The translations under genes were made by a program, and so were the position numbers. From Eledone cirrhosa (taxonomy: Eukaryota): a DNA stretch of 64,000 bases. Location of the stretch: contig OZ024744.1 of NCBI GenBank assembly GCA_964016885.1, forward strand, positions 48,608,001 through 48,672,000. The letters are read 5' to 3'. Below, piece by piece: positions 40,761 through 54,528 of the stretch. The notes beneath the pieces are model-generated. The model did not search any database, was not told where the DNA came from, and worked only from the letters and a program-made list of their open reading frames with translations. The stretch's first letter is position 1. Every line of letters starts with the position of its first letter.

Positions 40761-40968
40761 TTCTATATATATATATATATATAAATAGCTTTCACTGTAT
40801 TTTTGACTAAATGGAAAAAGATGAGTATTGTACGTCAATACTCATCTTTTTCCATTTATCTGAGGCTTCTAAACCCCATTATCAGGCTAAAATTCCTTTA
40901 GTCAAAAATATGGTGAAAGCTATTCTATTTTCTAATTTCAAAACCTGCTCACTGTTACAAAACATACT

Positions 40969-41021
<53 letters not shown>

Positions 41022-41194
41022 GTGATTGGTGTTAGGAAGGGCATCCAGCTGTAGAAAACCCGCCAGACAGTCCTATGCAAGCAAGACAACCACTCTTGCC
41101 TCAAGTGGAAAAACTCCCGTCCAAACCCATGCAAGCGTGGAACATGGACGTTAAACGATGATGATGATGATGATGATGAGGTTAAATTTTGTTT

Positions 41195-42700
41195 GTGTGA
41201 ATCAAATGTACAAACAAAAAGAAGACATGAACTCTAAATAAATGACACAGCTGAATGAAGAAGGATATTATTAGTTTTATGCTTGTTAGAGTAGAAAAAA
41301 TGTCCTAATGTTTCAGATGCTTGTCCTTCATCGGAAAATAGAATGAGAAATTAAAGAAGAAATAGAAAGTTAGAGGAGAGTTGGCAAAAACTATTCAATT
41401 CACCATCTGTTGGAAAACTGTTGATTGTGACAATATTGTATAAGTTGATCTTGTTTTAAATGGTGGTGATCAAACACGTCTAGCTGTAAAGGAAAACAAT
41501 AGTTTGTACATGGAGCATGTATACATATGTGTGCAAGTGTGTGTGTGTTTGTTATTTGCCCGTTTGGAGCTAAGAGAATATGGGTGTGTATATATAAGTG
41601 TAAGAGTGTGTGTGTGTGTGTGTGCGTATGCGTGCATGTGTGTCTGTGTGTGCATGTGTGTCTGTGTGTGTGTTGTTGGTCTGTATGAGCTGCAAGAGTG
41701 TGTGTTTCTGATCGTAATAGAGCCACAGGAAGGGACCTAGGGGGTGAATGCATATGTGTGACACTGGATGAAGTATGGGTGACAGTGGCTAGGGGATAGA
41801 AGTAAGTGCAAGTGAATGTGTGCAAGATTAAAGAAATTGGGGAGGGGTTTTGAGTCCACAAGGGAAACTGGTCCCAAGGCAGAAAATCGGACACTACTTA
41901 GTCCTGGATGTAAAATGATACCAACAAACCGGGATGTAAAATGATACCAACAACTAAGACATGTAGGGAGGAGTGACCTGGGGAGTAGAAATCACAAGCT
42001 GTGGGGTTATCTATGCCCAGTTGTATGTCACACAAGTGTTCAGTGAAATGGTCTGGTAGCAGCCTGTTTGTCCAATGTATATGGACCCACAAAGTGAACA
42101 CTAGAGGGCATAGAGTATATGGGTGGAGGTGCAGGTGAAAGCAGCTTGGATCAGGCTGGGGGATATCCATGCTGGATGAAGCGGGAGGACATGTGTTGGG
42201 ATTGGGTGATGAAATCATGCTCCTAGTTACAGAGCCGATGAAGACGGAGGAATTGGAAGCGAGGTATGGAGAGTTTGATATGGATAGGATAGGAGGAGGT
42301 GAAGTCAAGGTAGGAGTGAGAATCGGTGGGCTTATAGAAGATGGGGGTGGTGAATGTAGTCGATAGAGAGAAAGAGTTGTCGAGAAATTGGACTGAAAAG
42401 TCAGAGACGGAGGTGGTGAAGGTGAGGGCAGGATGAAAAGACTGTTCTTGAGACAGAAAGGTGATGCTGATACAATCGTTGATGTAACAACCATATAGTT
42501 CAGAGGTCAGACTAGTGTGCTGAAGAAGGTTCAAAGCTTCAATGTAGCCAACAAATAATTTGGCATAGTTAGGGCCCATTCTGGTACCTATGGCTACCCC
42601 AGAGACCAGATGGTAAAACTCTCTGGAAAAAAAAAACAATTGAGAGTGAGAACAAGCTCAGCAAGGTGGAGAAGAGCAGAAGTGCTAAGGTAGGGTGTAG
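41195..42700 (-). mobile_element. Decayed Penelope-like element: RT and GIY-YIG remnants, pseudo-LTR with a decayed hammerhead; interrupted by (CA)n
   Basis: RT remnants FYHLVSGVAIGTRMGPNYAKLFVGYIE, YINDC, FHPALTFT, QFLD, YKPTDSHSYLDFTSS and QFLRLHRLC. GIY-YIG-like HFTEH..NPTACDFYSPGHS. CCGATGAAGGACAAGCATCTGAAAC at 41310-41334(-). Confidence 0.85.
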
Positions 42701-43294
42701 TGCTATTACAAAAACATGGAATTGGTGAGCTATCCTCAATCAAAATTGGTCCTTTATTTTCTATTCTCTGTGTTCAGCAAAATCCTGTTCTATTATATAA
42801 CTAATTCTGCAATTAACACCTGATGAAAACGCCTAAATGATGTCTCATATTCAGATAATGAAGCTGGGCCATTTAGAATTATACTTTTTGTTGTGTTACC
42901 AACATGACCACTTTACAATGTGGACTGGGCGCTTTTTATTGTTACACCTATATATCATCATCATCATCATCATCATCAACAGCAGCAGCAGCAGCATCAT
43001 CACTGTTTAACATCATTATTTTCATGCTTGCATGAGACAAGTCTGGCCAGCTGACCACGCAGTACCTTGCTCAGACAGAACTGTATTTTGGCTAGGATTG
43101 TTATAGCTTGATGTCCAACATAACACTAACCACATTTACAATATATATATATATATACATATATAAATATATATATTTATGAGTTTATATAGAATAATAA
43201 TAATATTTGATTCATTTGCAAGCAAACAGCCTCATTATGATATGTTTTTTTATGACCCCTGTCATCCATTCATTCTAGCAATGGAATCGAGGAA

Positions 43295-43335
43295 CAGTCA
43301 ACATATTTCTGGGTTATTGCCCTTTGTCAGGACTA
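43295..43335 (-). ncRNA. CpG-decayed minimal hammerhead motif within a fold-back repeat (43180-43760)
   Basis: Minus strand: TAGTC-CTGACAA-AGGGCAATAACCCA-GAAA-TATG-TT^GACTG. Stems I and II are present. Confidence 0.5.
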
Positions 43336-43542
43336 TGTATCTCACTGCCACTTACTTGAACTGTTGAAGATATATAGTATTTTTGTAAGTATACATCGGC
43401 TGATTAGCCTCATTTGCATACCAAGTGATTCTACGGCTGGCTTTGCCAAAGATTAAAAACAAAATTAGAATTTGATTTCTCACTCAGACATAGCATAATG
43501 AGGCGGTTGGCTTACAAACAAATTCAATATTATTATTATTAT

Positions 43543-43735
43543 TGGTCAATTGGCAGTATCAATAGAGGATCGGATGCCATGCTTTCTAGAATAGTTACAT
43601 CCCCATTATGGTCTGAGTTCAAATCCCTTTGAGGTTAACTCTGCCTTTTATCCTTACAGGGTCGATAAAATAAAGTACCAGTAATGTACTGGGTATTTGA
43701 TGGGCTTGTGCCTAAAGTAGAAACAATTATTATTA
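43543..43735 (+). mobile_element. SINE family A inserted into the (ATT)n of a fold-back arm
   Basis: A/B boxes, middle domain and tail. (ATT)n on both sides. Confidence 0.8.
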
Positions 43736-43809
43736 TTCAATATAAATCTCATAAACACATTTATGTAACCTGGTATGTGAGAATGATAAATCAAATTCTA
43801 ATTTTTGTT

Positions 43810-43841
<32 letters not shown>

Positions 43842-44013
43842 TATATCATAATCAGCCGTTTAGCGTCAATTCTTCCATGCTTGCATGGTATAGATAGGTT
43901 GTCCATGCCGAGAGGTAAGTCTAGTCATAGTTGGCCATGTCGCGCATTGCTCCAGAGAGGACTGTAAATTTGGACAAGTATTTTACATCTGGATGCCCTG
44001 CCAACTGTGAATA

Positions 44014-44055
<42 letters not shown>

Positions 44056-44056
<1 letters not shown>

Positions 44057-44395
44057 CATCATCATTTTCATCATCATTTCATTTTACGTCCGCTTTTCCC
44101 TGCTGGCAAGGGTGGGACGGGAACTGATTCTGGCTTGATTTCTACAGCTGGATGCCCTTCCTAACACCAACCTCATTTACAGTGAGTGCTGGGTGCTTTT
44201 TTGCCGTGGCACCTACACGACCACTTTACAGTGGAATGATAGGGATCCCAGTCCCTATCATCTCATTTCTACAGTTGAGTAAACTGGAGCAATGTGAAAT
44301 AAAGTGTCTTGCTCAAGGAAACAACACATCACACGGTCTGAGAATTGAACTCACAACCATTCGATTGCAAGGCCAATGCTCTAAGCCATGTGCCT
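44056..44395 (-). mobile_element. SINE family B with RTE tail
   Basis: Same structure as 19566-19897. Confidence 0.85.
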
Positions 44396-44812
44396 TATAT
44401 ATATACACAGTATATATTATATATATATATAATACATACATATATATATATATATATAATACATACATATATATATATATATAATACATACATATATAGA
44501 TATATATATAATACATACATATATAGATATATATATAATACATACATATATATATATAATACATATATATAATACATACATATATATAATACATATATAT
44601 AATACATACATATATATATATATATATATAATACATATATATATATAATACATACATATATATACATATATATATATATAATACATACATATATATACAT
44701 ATATATATATATAATACATACATATATATACATATATATATATATAATACATACATATATATACATATATATATATATAATACATACATATATATACATA
44801 TATATATATATA

Positions 44813-44868
<56 letters not shown>

Positions 44869-44873
44869 CATAC

Positions 44874-46259
44874 ATCATCATCATCATCATCATCATCAAC
44901 GTTTAACGTCCGTGTTCCACGCTTGCATGGGTTTGGACGGGGGTAGTCCCACTTGAGGCAAGAGTGATTGTCTTGCTCGCATAGGACTGTCTGGCAGGTT
45001 TTCTACAGTTGGATGCCCTTCCTAACACCAACCACATTTACAGTGTGGGTCTGGGAGGTTTTTACCGTGTTGCCTACACGGCCACATTACAGCGTGGACT
45101 GTGTGTTTTTTTGTCGTGACACCTACACGATCTCATTTGTTTCGGCCTCGATGGCGCGGCACCAACATAACTTTACATAGAACGGGGTGGTGTGTATGGG
45201 GTGGTGTGTATGGGGTGGGGGTGGTGGTGGTGGGACGGGGTGTATTTTGTTAGAGATGCCTACTGGCTGGAGTAGGTTTTACTATATATTTAGGTAAGGC
45301 GGGTCTTCTCTGTTACTGAGTACCGCCAAAGGTCTCGGTCCAGTGACATTGTCTTGGAGAGGTGTAAGTGTGTGATGTCGGAGTTTATCAGCTCGTCCCA
45401 GGTTTTTCTAGGTCTGCCTATTCCGTGACTACCGTCTATCTTTATTGCCCTGCACTTTGTTATACAGCTATCGACTTTCATGCGCATCACGTGTCCATAC
45501 CAACGTAGCCTTCTCTCGAGTAAACAACATCTGATCCCTCTTATCTCTAATTTTTTCCTTAGTTCGTTTATGCTTTGCCGTTCACGTATATTACTGTTAC
45601 ACATCCAGCGGAGCATGCAAGCTTCGTTCCTCTCTAGTCTGCGTATATCCTCTGCACACAATGCCCAGGTCTCACTGCCATGCAGCATTGCTGTTCGTAT
45701 GCAGGCATCGTACAACCTGCCTTTCATTTTTAGGGAGAACCCTTTAGCAGCTAATAGTTGTATAAGCTCTCTGAACTTTTTGCAACCAGTTCTGACTCTA
45801 GCTACAGTACTTTCAGAGCACCCTCCCCCACTGCTGATTTTATCGCCCAGGTAACGGAAGCTGTCCACTATTTCTATAGAACCCTCTGCGCAATTGAAAG
45901 AGCTAGTATTTTGTGGGCACTTGCTGCTACTTATTGCACCAGAACGCCGGCCACATGTAAAATCTATGTTCTTAGTTAGCTTACCTGTGATCCCACTACA
46001 TCTTTTATGCACCCATACTTTGCATTTAGGACATAAAATGGAGTTTCTACCTACGCCTTTCCTACACACCGAGCACGACCATTTCCCAGAAGGGACCGCC
46101 GCCTTGTTTTCTTTCCTGCAAACTAGTACTTTGGTCTTAGCCAGGTTAATTTTAAGTCCTTTTGACTCTAGGCCGTGCTTCCATGTTTGGAATTTCTTCT
46201 CTAGTTCGGTCATTGATTCAGCTATGAGCGTTAGATCATCTGCGTATAGGAGTTCCCAT
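44874..46259 (-). mobile_element. RTE-clade LINE, 5'-truncated copy near-identical to 58970-60333
   Basis: ORF 45290-46213 matches the C-terminal part of the 57875-59939 ORF. Starts at WELLYADD. Has the 3' UTR and (GAT)n tail. Confidence 0.95.
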
Positions 46260-46309
46260 ATATATATATATATATATATGTATGTATTATATATATATAT
46301 ATATGTATG

Positions 46310-46347
<38 letters not shown>

Positions 46348-46603
46348 TATATATATATATATATATGTATGTATTATATATATATATGTATGTATTATAT
46401 ATATATGTATGTATTATATATATATATATATGTATGTATTATATATATATATATGTATGTATTATATATATATATATGTATGTATTATATATATATATAT
46501 GTATGTATTATATATATATATATATGTATGTATTATATATATATATATGTATGTATTATATATATATATATATGTATGTATTATATATATATATATATGT
46601 ATG

Positions 46604-46803
46604 NNNNNNNNNNNNNNNNNNNNNNNNNNNNNNNNNNNNNNNNNNNNNNNNNNNNNNNNNNNNNNNNNNNNNNNNNNNNNNNNNNNNNNNNNNNNNNNNN
46701 NNNNNNNNNNNNNNNNNNNNNNNNNNNNNNNNNNNNNNNNNNNNNNNNNNNNNNNNNNNNNNNNNNNNNNNNNNNNNNNNNNNNNNNNNNNNNNNNNNNN
46801 NNN
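46604..46803. other. Assembly gap (200 N)
   Basis: Run of N flanked by a TA-rich minisatellite and a (CA)/(CT) tract. Confidence 1.
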
Positions 46804-48391
46804 AAACACACTCTCTCTCTCTCACACACACACACACTCTCTCTCTCACACACACACTCTCACTCTCTCACACACACACTCTCCTCTCTCTCACACACAC
46901 ACTCACTCTCTCACACACACACACTCTCTCTCTCTCACACACACTCTCTCTCTTCACACACACACTCTCTCTCTCTCTCACAACAAACTCTCTCTCTACA
47001 CACACACACTCTCTCTCTCACACACACACTCTCTCTCTCTCACACACACTCACTCTCAACACACTCTCTCTCTCACTCACACACATCTCTCTCTCTCTAC
47101 CACACACACTCTCTCTCTCACACACACAACTCTCTCTCACTCACACACACTCTCTCTCTCTCACACACACACTCTCTCTCTCTCTCACACACACACTCTC
47201 TCTCACACACACTCTCTCTCTCACACACACACAACTCTCTCTCTCTCACACACACACTCTCTCTCACACACACACATCTCTCTCTCCTCTCCACACACAC
47301 TCTCTCTCTCACACACACACCTCTCTCTCTCACACACACACTCTCTCTCTCACACACAACACACTCTCTCTCTCACACACTCTCTCTCTCTCACACACAC
47401 TCACACTCTCTCTCTCTCTCTCTCACACACACTCTCTCTCTCACACACACACACTCTCTCTCTCTCACACACACACTCTCTCTCTCTCACACACACACTC
47501 TCTCTCACACACACTCTCTCTCTCACACACACACACACTCTCTCTCTCTCACACAACACACTCTCTCTCACACACACACACACTCTCTCTCTCTCACACA
47601 CACACTCTCTCTCTCTCACACACACACTCTCTCTCTCACACACACTCTCTCTCTACACACACACACTCTCTCTCTCTCACACACACACTCTCTCTCTCTC
47701 ACCACACACATACTCTCTCTCTCACACACTCTCTCTCTCTCACACACACACACTCTCTCTCACACACACACTCTCTCTCCACACACTCTCTCTCTCACAC
47801 ACACACATACTCTCTCTCCTCTCACACACACTCTCCTCTCACACACCACATACCTCTCTCTCTCACACACACTCTCTCTCTCTCACACACACACTCTCTC
47901 TCTCACACACACACTCTCTCTCACACACACACTCTCTCTCTCACACACACACCACTCTCTCTCTCACACACACTCTCTCCTCTCTCACACACACACTCTC
48001 TCTCTCTCTCACACACACTCTCTCTCTCTCACACACACACTCTCTCCCTCACACACACTCTTTCTCTCACACACACACAACTCTCTCTCTCACACACACA
48101 TCTCTCTCTCACACACACACTCTCTCTCTCACACACACACACTCTCTCTCTCACACACACTCTCTCTCTCTCACACACACACTCTCTCTCTCTCACACAC
48201 ACTCTCTCTCTCTCACACACACACTCTCTCTCTCACACACACACTCTCTCTCACACACACACATACTCTCTCTCTCACACACACACTGTCTCTCTCTCTC
48301 TCACACACACTCTCTCTCTCTCACACACACACTCTCTCTCTCACACACACACTCTCTCTCACACACACATACTCTCTCTCTCACACACACA

Positions 48392-48433
<42 letters not shown>

Positions 48434-48780
48434 CTCTCTCTCACACCACTCCCTCTCTCTCACACACTCTCTCTCTCACACACACACACACACACTCTCT
48501 CTCTCTCTCACACACACACACACTCTCTCTCACACACACTCTCTCTCTCACACACATACACTCTCTCTCACTCACAAACACACTCACATACGCACTCTCT
48601 CTCTCTCACACACACACACTCTCTCTCCCTCTCTCACACACACACACTCTCTCTCTCTCACTCACAAACACACTCACATGCACACACACACACTCTCTCT
48701 CTCTCACACACACACACACACTCTCTCTCTCACACACACTCTCACACACACACACACGCTCTCTCTCTGACACACACACA

Positions 48781-48814
<34 letters not shown>

Positions 48815-49990
48815 TACATTATACATTATACATATTGATATTATCTTGCAGTCTCCTAACCCCTCCCTTTTCTTTTGTTTTATATTATCTCCTAGTCCCC
48901 TATTTTTTTAAACTCCCTCTCCCCACCCCTCTCTCCTTCCACTCTCATAAGCTTCTCCCTTATCACTTCAACTCAATTTTCTACTGCTCAATTCTCTGCT
49001 ATCCTTAACATGTTAAATATTCCCCCAAGTGCTGGCATTATTGTCTCTTTCTATGTGTGTGTGTATGTGTGGGTGTATGGGCATGTGTGGCTGTGTGTGA
49101 GTGAGTGTGTGTGTGGCTGTGTGCATGTGTGTGTGTGTGTGTCTATATGTGGGTGTGTGTGTATGTATGTGCATGTGTGTATGTGTAGGTGTGTGTCTAT
49201 ATGTGAGTGAGTGTGTATGTATGTGCATGTGTGTGTCTGTGTGTGTGTGTGTGTATGTGTGGGTGTATGGGCATGTGTGGCTGTGTGTGAGTGAGTGTGT
49301 GTGGCTGTGTGCATGTGTGTGTGTGTGTGGGTGGGTGTGTGTCTATATGTGGGTGAGTGTGTATGTATGTGCATGTGTGTGTATGTGTGAGTGTGTGTGT
49401 ATATATGTGCATATGTCTGTGTGTGTGTGTGTGGGTGTATGGGCATGTGTGAGTGTGTGTGTGGTTGTATGTGTATGTGTGGGTGTATGGGGATGTGTGG
49501 CTGTGTGTGTGTGTATGTGTATGTGTGGGTGTGTGCTGCATATGTGTGTGTGGTATGAGTGTGTGTTGCATATGTGTGTGGTGAGTGCTGCATATGTGTG
49601 TGAGTGTGTGTGTGCTGCATATGTGTGTGATTGTGGGCTGCATGTGTGTGTGTGTGTGTGCTGCATATGTGTGTGGTGTGTGGTGCATATGTGTGTGCTG
49701 CATATGTGTGTGGTGTGTGTGTGTGTGTGCTGCATATGTGTGTGGTGTGTGTGTGTATGATGCATATGTGTGTGGTGTGTGTGTGTGCTGCATATGTGTG
49801 TGGTGTGTGTGTGCTGCATATGTGTGTGTGCTGCATGCATATGTGTGAGTGTGTGCTGCATGTGTGTGTATTGTGTGCTGCATGCATGTGTGTGTGTGCT
49901 GCATGCATGTGTGTGTGGTGTGTGCTGCATGCATGTGTGTGTGTGATGCATGCATATGTGTGTGGTGTGTGCTGCATGCATGTGTGTGTG
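46804..49990. repeat. Mixed (CA)n/(CT)n tract (46804-48815) followed by a (TG)n-derived minisatellite (49055-49990)
   Basis: Direct reading. Confidence 0.95.
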
Positions 49991-50461
49991 TCACTAATTC
50001 TCTCACAATCCACCATTTTATACCACAAATCTATGTTTGTGAGTCTGTCTGTCTGATGATGTTGATGATGTTGATGATAGAGGAGGTGGATTGAAGGGGA
50101 GAAGGAAGTCTATGAGGATAGGAAGAGGAGGGGGGAGAAGAAGAAGAAGAAGAAGAAGAAGAAGAAGAAGAAGAAGAAGAAGAAGAAGAAGAAAGAAAAA
50201 AAGAAAAAGTTGATAGAGGACAAATGAAGACAGAAGAAGAAACTGATAGGAAGGAAGGAAGTGTTGATGAATGACAGAGATAAGCATAACCAAAAAAAAA
50301 AAAAACCAAAAAACAGAATAATGCCCTGATGAGGAAACCAGATTATATCTCAAATCTTCTTCCCTCTAGGGAGAAATTATATATAAAAAAGTTGACTATG
50401 AACTTTATAAATAAATGAACATTTATATAAATATATACATAAATATATATACATATATACA

Positions 50462-50509
<48 letters not shown>

Positions 50510-50771
50510 GATTGTTTCAGAGAGCAAAATCATCCATGTGCAAACCAATGAATGACAGTTACACAACTCCAGACCATTAGCTATGAAGAAGTGCACCCCA
50601 CACCGCTGTCTATCCTCAGAAACAATGGATGGATTAAATTTTTAAATAAAAGATAGGTAAACAAATCATATGGAAGGAAAATCAAATAGATAGATAAGGA
50701 ATAAATATATAAATAATTCATAAAAGTATAAAACTCTATACATACATACACACACACACACATATATATAT

Positions 50772-50812
<41 letters not shown>

Positions 50813-50955
50813 TACATATACATACACATACATAGACATGTCATAAATCAGATTCTAGTTGGAGGGGGGGGGGGCATTTTTACTCCTGGTTTTGGTCAGA
50901 CAATAATCAAAATCTTAATATTAAAAAGTAGGTTAGCTATGGGTGATATATATAT

Positions 50956-51327
50956 GGAGGCACATGGCTTACTGGTTAGAGCATTGGGCTTGCAATCGAA
51001 AGGTTGTGAGTTCAATTCTCAAACCGGGTGATGTGTTGTTTCCTTGAGCAAGACACTTTATTTCACATTGCACTTAGCTGTAGAAATGAGATGATAGGAC
51101 TGGGGTCCCTATTATTCCACCCTAAATCCACAGCAAAAAAGCACCCAGCTCACACTGCAAAGTGGTCGTGGAGGTGCCATGGCAAAAAAAGCACCCAGAA
51201 CTCATTGTAAATGAGGTTGGTGTTAGGAAGGGCATCCAGCTGTAGAAATCAAGCCAGAATCAGTTCCTGTCACACCCTTGCAAGCAGGGAAAAGCAGATG
51301 TAAGATGATGATGATGATGATGATGAT
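50956..51327 (+). mobile_element. SINE family B with RTE tail
   Basis: tRNA-like head with a TTGCAAT loop, CORE-like domain, RTE 3' UTR and (GAT)n. Confidence 0.85.
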
Positions 51328-51329
51328 AT

Positions 51330-52110
51330 ATAGGAATAAGAGGGATCAGATGTTGTTTACTCGAGAGAAGACTACGTTGGTACAGTCACGTGATGCGCAT
51401 GAAAGACGACACCTGTATAAAAAAGTGCAGGGCGATAAAAATAGATGGTAGCCACGGAGTAGGCAGACCCAGAAAAACCTGGGACGACTTGATAAATTCC
51501 GACCTCACACACTTACACCTCTCCAAGACAATGTCACTGGACCGAGATCTTTGGCGCTACAGTCATACAGAAGACTTGCCTTGCCTAAGTATAAAGCGAA
51601 ACCTACAGTCAGTAGGCACCTCTAACAAAATACACCCCCGCCCACTACCCCAACCTCATCCACACCACTCCCTTAAATGTGAAGTTATGTTGGTACCACA
51701 ACATCCAGTTCGAAACAAATGAAGTTGTGTAGGTGTCACGACAAAAAAAACACACAGTCCACGCTGTAATGTGGTCGTGTAGGTAACACGGTAAAAACCT
51801 CCCAGTCCACACTGTAAACGTGGTTGGTGTTAGGAAGGGCACTCAGCCATAGAAAACTCGCCAGACGTGTAGGTGTCACGACAAAAAAACACACAGTCCA
51901 CGCTGTAATGTGGCCGTGTAGGTAACACGGTAAAAACCTCCCAGTCCACACTGTAAACGTGGTTGGTGTTAGGAAGGGCATCCAGCTGTAGAAAACCCGC
52001 CAGACAGTCCTAGACGAGCAGGACAACAAATCTTGCCTCAAGTGGGAAAATTCCCGTCCAAACCCATGTAAGCGAGGAAGATGGACGTTAAACGATGATG
52101 ATGATGATGA
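51330..52110 (+). mobile_element. RTE LINE 3' fragment (ORF end and 3' UTR with duplicated segment)
   Basis: MRMKDDTCIKKCRAIKIDGSHGVGRPRKTWDDLINSDL matches the end of the ORF at 57875-59939. Confidence 0.9.
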
Positions 52111-52434
52111 TATATATATATATATATTCTATATATATATATATTGAAATGCAGCCAAGCAGGCCAACAAATATACAGAATATATACAAATATATACAAT
52201 CAGTATACATATATTCATTTTCACCCATGAATATGCTAATACATACATATACAGATAAATACAGATATATACAAACATAACATATATACATATGTATATA
52301 TGTACACAAGCACACACACATAAATGTAATCTGAGTTTTTCGAATATTATTAATAATAATATTCGTTTGCAATTATGCAAACAGCCTCTTTTAAGCCATG
52401 TCAGTAGAATGAGCCCCTTATTCTTGCTCTTGCA

Positions 52435-53185
52435 TTCATCATCATCATCATCATCACCGTTTTACGTCCGTTCTTCCACGCTAGCATGGGTTAGACGGGT
52501 TGTCCTGTTGTGGGCAGTGTCTGGTCGGCTGACCATGCATTGCTCATACAGGAACTGATTTGGCTTGATTTCTACAGCTGGATGCCCTTCCTAACACCAA
52601 CCTCATTTACAGTCAGTGCTGGGTGCTTTTTCGTGACGCCTACACGTCCACTTTACAGTGTGGGCTGGGTGCTTTTTTGCCGTGGCACCTCCACAACCAC
52701 CTTGCGGTGGGGGGTGTGGGGGCATATTGTCTATATGCTTCAGCTTGTACCCATGGGAGGTCGGGTACTCTGTATTACTGCGTGACGCCAGAAGTCACGG
52801 TCGTGTGTCATTGTCTTTGAGAGGTGTAATTGGGTAAGGTCGACTTTTATCACCTCATCCCAGGTCATCTTGGGTATCCCCACTCCGCGGTTTCCATCGA
52901 CTTCTAGTGCTCTGCACCTTTTTATGCAGCTGTCATCCTTCATACGCATCACATACCAGCGCAGCCACCTCTCCTGCACACAGCATTTGATTCCTCTTAT
53001 GCTGAGTCTCTCTCTCAATTCATTTATGCTTTGTCGTTCACGTATATTACTATTACACATCCATCGGAGCATGCAGGCTTCGTTTCTCTCTAATCTACAT
53101 AAGTCTTCCACCTTCAGCGCCCAGGTCTCACTACCATGCAACATCGCTGTTCGGATACATGCATCATACAGTCTGTCTTTCATTC
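52435..53185 (-). mobile_element. RTE LINE 3' fragment, second subfamily
   Basis: RLYDACIRTAMLHGSETWAL..ERNEACMLRWMC. The 3' UTR matches 61745-62045. Confidence 0.9.
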
Positions 53186-53434
53186 TGATATATATATGTA
53201 GGTGTCATGACAAAAAGCACCCAGCCCACACTGCAAAGTGTTCGTGTAGATAACACAACAAAATATGGTTGGCATTAGGAAGGACACCCAGACATAGACA
53301 CCAAGTGAAAATCAGTTCTGTATGAGCAATAGGTGGTCATCTGACATGGCTTATCTCACAATGGGACAACTCATCTAACCCATGCTGGCGTGGAAAATGG
53401 AGATGATGATGACGATATTATATATATCATTAGT

Positions 53435-53730
53435 GTCTGCATGCCCCCACACCCCCCACCACAAGGTGGTCGTGGAGGTGCCACGGCAAAAAAGCACCCA
53501 GCCCACACTGTAAAATGGACGTGTAGGCGCCACGAAAAAGCACCCAGCACTCACTGTAAATGAGGTTGGTGTTAGGAAGGGCATCCAGCTGTAGAAATCA
53601 AGCCAAATCAGTTCCTGTATGAGCAAGGCATGGTCAGCCGACCAGACACTGCCCACAACAGGACAACCCGTCTAACCCATGCTAGCGTGGAAGAACGGAC
53701 GTAAAACGGTGATGATGATGATGGTGATGA

Positions 53731-53733
<3 letters not shown>
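53435..53733 (+). mobile_element. RTE 3' UTR fragment, inverted relative to 52435-52725
   Basis: Near-identical reverse complement of 52435-52725. Confidence 0.85.
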
Positions 53734-53793
<60 letters not shown>

Positions 53794-54084
53794 TGTATGT
53801 ATATATGTATATATATATGTATATGTATGTGTGTGTACATGTATATATATATGAATACATATGTGCATATATGTATATGTATATATGCGAGTATATGTAT
53901 GTATATATGTACATATGTATGTATATGTGCAGTTGTATATGTATATGTGTGTGTACAATTTTCATACATTATATTTTCTTTAATACTTTCATCTACACCA
54001 GTCAGCACATACTACTGTATGAGCCTAAATTATTATTAATGTTTTCATTATTATTGTTATTATTAGGGCTACTCCCACTGTTGA

Positions 54085-54528
54085 CCACAAAAGGTTTCTC
54101 TCTATGTGTGCAAAGTATGATGCTGTATGGTAGTGAAACATGAGCTGTGACTGCAGAGGACATGTGTAGACTGGAGAGAAATGAAGCAACCGTGCTCCGT
54201 TGGATGTTTAATGTAAATATGAGAGAGAGGCAGAACTTAGACTAGTTGAAGGAGAAGCTGGGCTTAAGAAAAATTCAAAGTGATGTGCAGATGAGAAGTT
54301 TGCATTGGTATAGACATGTGACACATATGAAAGATTATCATTGAGTGAAAACTGTTAGGAAATCCCAGTTGAAGGATTCCACAGTAGAGGTAGACCAAGA
54401 ATGACTTGGCCAGAGGTGGTGAGAGCTGGCCTCAAATCACTGAGACTTGCAGAGGAAATGACAAAGGAACACAATAAGTGAAGAAATGCTGTGTTGAGAA
54501 GGACCTGTCCAACCCATGTGAGTGTGAA
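54085..54528 (+). mobile_element. Older diverged RTE LINE fragment
   Basis: KGFSL..MLYGSET*AVTAEDMCRLERNEA..LRWM..RGRPRMTW. Related fragments at 21355-21720 and 17620-17805(-). Confidence 0.75.

Noticed and set aside
45894-49008. Three 840-960-aa ORFs
   Set aside because: They span an N gap and (TA)/(CA)/(CT) microsatellites. They are stop-free only because of low complexity.
50322-50345. CTGATGAGGAAAC hammerhead-like string
   Set aside because: There is no room for stem II and no convincing stem I or III. The CTGATGA strings at 16608 and 42820 also lack a properly placed GAAA.
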